Positions 38,714-42,494 of a stretch of 42,494 bases of DNA are shown here, in pieces. Where the stretch lies: IMG/VR virus record IMGVR_UViG_3300045988_020762, one strand, 5' to 3'. Below the pieces are notes generated by a model that did not search any database, had not been told where the DNA came from, and was given only the letters and a program-made list of their open reading frames with translations. The position numbers and the translations under genes are program-made. The first letter of the stretch is position 1, and every line of letters begins with the position of its first letter. The stretch is from a virus.

Positions 38714-40087
38714 ATGACGATTGAACAGAGAGTCGCAGTCTTGGAGGAAATTTTCTCCAAGCTGAACGACTATTACACATCCGCCTACTCCGGCGAGGAA
38801 ATTGACGCGCGGCTGGCGTCCGCCGGTGTGCCTATCGGCATCACCAAGGAGTACAAGAGCGTGGCCGAAATGAACCAGGACTTCACCGGTACGGACGTCC
38901 AGCGCGGCCAGTTCGTCCTGATCCTGCCGGACAGCACGGCCTCCGCGGACTATGGCAAGGTGTACCTCAAGGGCACGGCCAACTGGGTGCCTGCCTTTAC
39001 GCTGACCACGCTCACGTCCATCAAAGGTCCCATTGGCCCTCCCGGCAAAAAGGGCGACAAGGGCGATCCCGGCGAGGCCGGTTCCAGCTTCGTCATTCTG
39101 GGCTACTTCGACACGCTGGACGCCCTCAAGGCAGCCGTCCTAAATCCCAAGGCCGGTGACGTGTACGGCGTGGGCACTGCGCCTCCGTACAACATCTACA
39201 TCTGGGATTCCGTCCACGGCAAGTGGGTGGGCAACGGCAACCTGCAAGGCCCGCAGGGCGAGCAGGGCATCCAAGGCCCCGAAGGGAAACAGGGGCCGGA
39301 GGGCAAGCAAGGCCCGGAAGGCCCCGTGGGCGGTTCCAGCAACTTCGTCCGCTACGATGCGCCCCAGAACCTCACAGACGAGCAGAAGGCGCAGGCGCGG
39401 AAAAATATCAACTCCGCCCCCGGCGGGTTTGGGTGGGGTGAAGCGATGAAAGATGTGCTCGCATCCGAGGTCGAAGACACCTATAAAACATACTGTGGCA
39501 AGCTTGATATGCTGCTTGCCGATATGCCAGACGGAACATCGCAACTTATTTATACACGTGGCCCAGTTTCAACGGGCCAATATTCTGGGGCCGGGAATAT
39601 CGTTGCCGTTCTATCAAAAATATTGGGGACGAGCGCATCACTGATCGGCCTTTCGCCTGATCCGAGAGGCACTACCAACGGATTGTGGCGAATGCTGAAG
39701 GATAACGGGAATTGGCAGCCCGTCGAATGGATCAATCCTCCCATGCAACTGGGCGTAGAATACCGCACCACGGAGCGGTATCTCGGAAAGCCGGTGTATG
39801 TGAAAACCATAAACATGGGGAATCTTCCGGGCAATGCCGTAAAAATGGCCAGTTTCCAATCAAATAACGTTGTCGATAAAATCGTGTCCGTAACCGGGCA
39901 ATGCACTACCGACTCAGGAGTGAACGTGTCCATGCCTTACCACGCAGGGTCTGGTCCGAACTGGAACACTGTAATTTTAATTGGCGCAGATGGGTCCGGA
40001 GCAGCTCAGATTGTCACATTTGCCCCAGATTTCTCCGAATACAAGAATGCATGTATTACGGTGAAATACACCAAGCTGGCAGATTAA
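38714..40087 (+). CDS. Tail fiber / receptor-binding protein with two collagen-like G-X-Y tracts
   Basis: GPIGPPGKKGDKGDPGEAG (nt 39026-39082) and GPQGEQGIQGPEGKQGPEGKQGPEGPVGG (nt 39248-39334). Confidence 0.8.
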   Translation: MTIEQRVAVLEEIFSKLNDYYTSAYSGEEIDARLASAGVPIGITKEYKSVAEMNQDFTGTDVQRGQFVLILPDSTASADYGKVYLKGTANWVPAFTLTTLTSIKGPIGPPGKKGDKGDPGEAGSSFVILGYFDTLDALKAAVLNPKAGDVYGVGTAPPYNIYIWDSVHGKWVGNGNLQGPQGEQGIQGPEGKQGPEGKQGPEGPVGGSSNFVRYDAPQNLTDEQKAQARKNINSAPGGFGWGEAMKDVLASEVEDTYKTYCGKLDMLLADMPDGTSQLIYTRGPVSTGQYSGAGNIVAVLSKILGTSASLIGLSPDPRGTTNGLWRMLKDNGNWQPVEWINPPMQLGVEYRTTERYLGKPVYVKTINMGNLPGNAVKMASFQSNNVVDKIVSVTGQCTTDSGVNVSMPYHAGSGPNWNTVILIGADGSGAAQIVTFAPDFSEYKNACITVKYTKLAD

Positions 40088-40099
40088 AGGGGCGGCTCT

Positions 40100-40189
40100 A
40101 TGGAAAACACCTGCATCTGTTGCGGGGCAGTCATCCCCGAAGGCCGTCAAGTGTGCCCAATTTGTGAGCGACAATGGCCTGAATTTTAA
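40100..40189 (+). CDS. Possible 29-aa zinc-ribbon peptide
   Basis: MENTCICCGAVIPEGRQVCPICERQWPEF with AAGGGG upstream. Short, so weakly supported. Confidence 0.3.
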   Translation: MENTCICCGAVIPEGRQVCPICERQWPEF

Positions 40190-40191
40190 TC

Positions 40192-40238
40192 TGCACGAAA
40201 CCAAGTCGGACTTTTGACTTGCACGAAAGCAAGTCGGA
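40192..40238. repeat. Two 19-nt direct repeats TGCACGAAA(C/G)CAAGTCGGA
   Basis: Copies at 40192-40210 and 40220-40238 with one mismatch, in the gap before the lysis genes. Confidence 0.9.
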
Positions 40239-40275
40239 ATTACCCTAAAAACTGCAACTTTTTAAGGGGTGTGAA

Positions 40276-40581
40276 ATGGAAATTTTACAAATTGTATTAA
40301 CTGCCGCCACCGGCTCCGGCGTGACCGCCATCATCCTCGCGATCCTCCAGCGGAAATGGGCCAAGGATGACAAGCGGGACGCCATCGTGGACGCGCTGAA
40401 AGTGCTGCTGATCGACCGGGTGCGCTATCTGGGCCAGCATTACATTGCAGACGGCAGCGTCAGCCTGTCAGACAGGGAAACGCTGGACGAGATGCATCAG
40501 GCGTATAAATCCCTTGGCGGCAACGGACACCTGAAAATCATCATGGCCGAGGTCGGCGAGCTGCCGATCCGGAAAGAGTGA
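40276..40581 (+). CDS. Membrane protein with single N-terminal TM (possible holin-associated)
   Basis: MEILQIVLTAATGSGVTAIILAILQRKW... Lies upstream of the holin. Confidence 0.55.
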   Translation: MEILQIVLTAATGSGVTAIILAILQRKWAKDDKRDAIVDALKVLLIDRVRYLGQHYIADGSVSLSDRETLDEMHQAYKSLGGNGHLKIIMAEVGELPIRKE

Positions 40582-40593
40582 AAGGAGAACGCT

Positions 40594-40785
40594 ATGGAAA
40601 ACATCAAGAAACGGCTGGGCAATCTGCTTGCGGTGAAGTCTCTGGTGACCATCACCCTGACTGTGATCTTCGCGGTGCTGGCCCTGCGGGGTGACATTTC
40701 CGGAACGGAATTTTTGACGATCTTTACCACCGTGATCGCGTTCTATTTCGGGACGCAGCGAGTGGCAGAAGATAAAAACGGTTGA
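40594..40785 (+). CDS. Holin (two TM segments), 63 aa
   Basis: Hydrophobic segments LLAVKSLVTITLTVIFAVLAL and FLTIFTTVIAFYFG, a charged C-terminus, and position before the endolysin. Confidence 0.7.
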   Translation: MENIKKRLGNLLAVKSLVTITLTVIFAVLALRGDISGTEFLTIFTTVIAFYFGTQRVAEDKNG

Positions 40786-40826
40786 ATAATCAACCGAACA
40801 GTTAAAACCGGTTGAAAAATCAACCG
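40779..40826. promoter_or_regulatory. Two copies of an 18-bp palindrome CGGTTGA-N4-TCAACCG, 30 bp apart
   Basis: 40779-40796 (loop ataa) and 40809-40826 (loop aaaa). The first overlaps the holin stop codon. Confidence 0.5.
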
Positions 40827-40848
40827 TAAATTTGAAAGGGGACATATT

Positions 40849-41232
40849 ATGAACAAGATCTACGAAAACATCATCACCGAGGGCAAGCAGAACGGCAAGC
40901 CCATCGAGGCCATCAACACCGAGCTGAAGGATGCCGGAGCAAACTTCCACCTGAATCCCGACGGCGGCGTGGCCGGGTGGACGGAGCAGGAGATGAGAGA
41001 GGGATTCATCCCGGCTGCGGATGACGGGAAGGACGGCATCTACAAGATCGCCAGCGATGGCAAGCCTGTCCGCTACTCCAACATGGCGCCCGGCGGTGGG
41101 GTCTACGGCACTGCCATCCCCGTGATGGATCGGGACAAGAGCCGCGCCGATACTGTCATCACCGTGGGTCGCTGGGAGCTGTCTTATGATAGTCTGGGTT
41201 GCTGCTACAGCCGCAAGTATCTGAGAAAATGA
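40849..41232 (+). CDS. Hypothetical protein, 127 aa, between holin and endolysin
   Basis: GAAAGGGG RBS. No family recognised. Confidence 0.6.
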   Translation: MNKIYENIITEGKQNGKPIEAINTELKDAGANFHLNPDGGVAGWTEQEMREGFIPAADDGKDGIYKIASDGKPVRYSNMAPGGGVYGTAIPVMDRDKSRADTVITVGRWELSYDSLGCCYSRKYLRK

Positions 41233-42245
41233 CCAGAGCGGGGACAGTTCCGCTTCAGGACCTCCAATGGGTGCGGATTTATTTGAACAGAAAACGTCTC
41301 CGCTCCACCAAGGCCAACCTCAAGAAGATGCTGGCGGAGACAGGCGGAGACGCGATCTGTAACGGCTCCATTTTCCTACGGAACCAGCAGCCCGCCTGCC
41401 ACCTGAAGGCAGACGGAAAGGTTTACAAGGCCCCGGACTATCGGGCATGGGCCATCAGCTGGAACACCCCGGAGGATTTCGGCGTAAAAACAGTACCCAA
41501 CGGGGACGCGAACTACATGGAGTGTGTCCACCTAATCGTCGGCGGGAAGAAGATCAGCCCCGTCACCTGCGGAGCGGATATGCGCTACCGTGCGCCCCGA
41601 ACGGCCATCGGCACCAAGGACGGGCGGTTTGCCTACTATGTGAGCAAGGACCGGCGGTCGCCGGAACAGCTCCGTGATTTGCTGGTATCCTCCGGCTGGG
41701 ACAACGCCATTATGATGGACGGCGGCGGAAGCACCTGCTTCATGGACAAGGACGGCAATGGTTTTACCGGGGACGGGCGGGTGATCCCGTTTTTCCTCGT
41801 CTGGAAACTGAAAAGCGGGGACGCATTTGAACCGGAAGGAGAAAAACCCATGGTAGAGATCAACGCTTATTCCAAGGCGAAGGACGGCGGCAAGAAACTG
41901 TCCACAAACTTTGCAGTGAAAGAATTTGCCTGCAAGGACGGCTCCGATGCCGTGCTGGTAGCGCCCCGGCTGGTGATGGTTTTGCAGAGCCTCCGCAGTC
42001 ACTTTTGCGCGGCTGTGACCATCAACAGTGGGTATCGGACGCCCCAGTACAACGCCAGAGTGGGCGGCGTGACGGACAGCCAGCACTGCTACGGCACGGC
42101 GGCTGACATTGTGGTGCGGGGCAAGACCCCGGCGCAGGTGGCGGCTTATGCACGGCAGCTGATGCCCGATTGGGGCGGCGTGGGGGTTTATGACAGCTTT
42201 TGTCATATCGACGTGAGAGAGGCCAAGGCTGACTGGAAAGGATAA
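41229..42245 (+). CDS. Two-domain endolysin: phosphodiester glycosidase (NAGPA/DUF2233)-like N-domain plus peptidase M15-like C-domain
   Basis: GGDAICNGSIF and AIMMDGGGSTCF (NAGPA-like). FAVKEFACKDG...INSGYRTPQYNARVGGVTDSQHCYGTAADI...FCHIDVR (M15 zinc peptidase H..D..H pattern). Confidence 0.8.
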   Translation: MTRAGTVPLQDLQWVRIYLNRKRLRSTKANLKKMLAETGGDAICNGSIFLRNQQPACHLKADGKVYKAPDYRAWAISWNTPEDFGVKTVPNGDANYMECVHLIVGGKKISPVTCGADMRYRAPRTAIGTKDGRFAYYVSKDRRSPEQLRDLLVSSGWDNAIMMDGGGSTCFMDKDGNGFTGDGRVIPFFLVWKLKSGDAFEPEGEKPMVEINAYSKAKDGGKKLSTNFAVKEFACKDGSDAVLVAPRLVMVLQSLRSHFCAAVTINSGYRTPQYNARVGGVTDSQHCYGTAADIVVRGKTPAQVAAYARQLMPDWGGVGVYDSFCHIDVREAKADWKG

Positions 42246-42318
42246 AACCGAAAGGAGGGCCAGAAGATGGCAACAACATCCACGCGGTTAATCCGCGCTC
42301 TGCAAGTCTGGGAAACCT

Positions 42319-42494
42319 ATGGAAAAAGAACACCGGGAGATCCGGGCGCTGTTGTCATCCATGGCCCCGGCCCGGGCGGCGCAGGCCGTCCGGCTGGTAG
42401 GCTTGCCGCCTGACGAGGAGACGGCGGTGCTGGCGGTGGACGTCCACGGCCAGAGCTGCCTACAGGCGGCGGCGCTGCTCCACGTCAGCGTGGA
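42319..42494 (+). CDS. 5' part of junction-spanning sigma-70 region-4-like HTH gene (continues at 1..138)
   Basis: ATG 42319 (MEKEHREIRALLSSMAPARAAQAVRLVGLPPDEETAVLAVD...). The frame runs off the window end and matches frame 1 at base 1. Confidence 0.55.
   Translation, partial: MEKEHREIRALLSSMAPARAAQAVRLVGLPPDEETAVLAVDVHGQSCLQAAALLHVSV
42418..42494. repeat. Second copy of the 77-nt terminal overlap
   Basis: Identical to 1..77. Confidence 0.97.

Larger units (their letters stand above)
1..42494. mobile_element. Complete temperate tailed-phage genome (siphovirus-like, SPP1/HK97-type modules), circularly closed assembly
   Basis: All modules are present in canonical order: integrase/immunity, recombination-replication, terS-terL-portal-MuF-scaffold-capsid, connectors, tail, TMP, fiber, holin-endolysin. 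The two 77-nt ends are identical. Confidence 0.9.

Noticed and set aside
42292-42321. Idea that the 8-nt-loop tRNA decodes a quadruplet at the +1 shift upstream of the sigma-like gene
   Set aside because: The candidate 4-base anticodons (UUCG, UCGU, CGUG, CUUC) would read CGAA, ACGA, CACG or GAAG. None of these occurs in the upstream reading frame in the window where the shift would have to happen.
1-42494. Diversity-generating retroelement, retron or other RT-based system; CRISPR-Cas or anti-CRISPR operons
   Set aside because: No reverse-transcriptase-like ORF or template/variable repeat pair was seen. There is no cas gene or spaced repeat array, and small early ORFs cannot be assigned as Acr proteins from sequence alone.

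Overview
This window is a complete ~42.4 kb genome of a temperate siphovirus-type dsDNA phage. The host is probably Gram-positive and Clostridia-like, judging from Shine-Dalgarno usage and protein families. The contig closes into a circle: bases 1-77 equal bases 42418-42494, and a sigma-70 region-4-like gene runs across that junction.

Gene order:
- 173-1016 (-): two ribbon-helix-helix (RHH) genes plus two small ORFs.
- 1140-4327 (+): an eight-gene accessory cassette of unknown function.
- 4398-6627 (-): large serine integrase operon.
- 6926-9185: immunity region with XRE repressor and Cro-like genes, a frameshifted DUF2513 gene and an AT-rich orphan gene.
- 9290-20726 (+): early region with a Sak/DUF1071-type annealing protein, YqaJ exonuclease, NinB-like protein, HNH, SSB, replisome organizer with embedded iterons, RusA, a C5 methyltransferase, two Lar-like proteins and many small Cys-rich ORFs.
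- 20873-21479: a tRNA followed by a 530-nt ORF-free, hairpin-dense region.
- 21480-42245 (+): terS, terL, portal, MuF, scaffold, capsid, connectors, tail, tape measure, tail fiber, holin and endolysin.

Most notable observations:
- The C5-methyltransferase has a circularly permuted motif order (IV-VI-VIII-TRDs-IX-X-I) and an oversized target-recognition region.
- The tRNA has an 8-nt anticodon loop and sits next to a tetraloop-capped structured region, a candidate large ncRNA of the ROOL/GOLLD kind.
- One gene consists largely of 13 near-perfect 18-bp tandem repeats encoding an X-G-I-E/K-A-G hexapeptide array.
- The MuF protein carries a lower-GC C-terminal His/Cys domain followed by a small AT-rich candidate immunity gene.
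- An AT-rich SHOCT-motif gene with its own promoter is inserted backwards in the tail module.
- The accessory cassette is flanked by RHH genes, and four 11-bp-phased repeats lie in the shared promoter region.

All family assignments come from reading the translated ORFs by eye. No database search was run.
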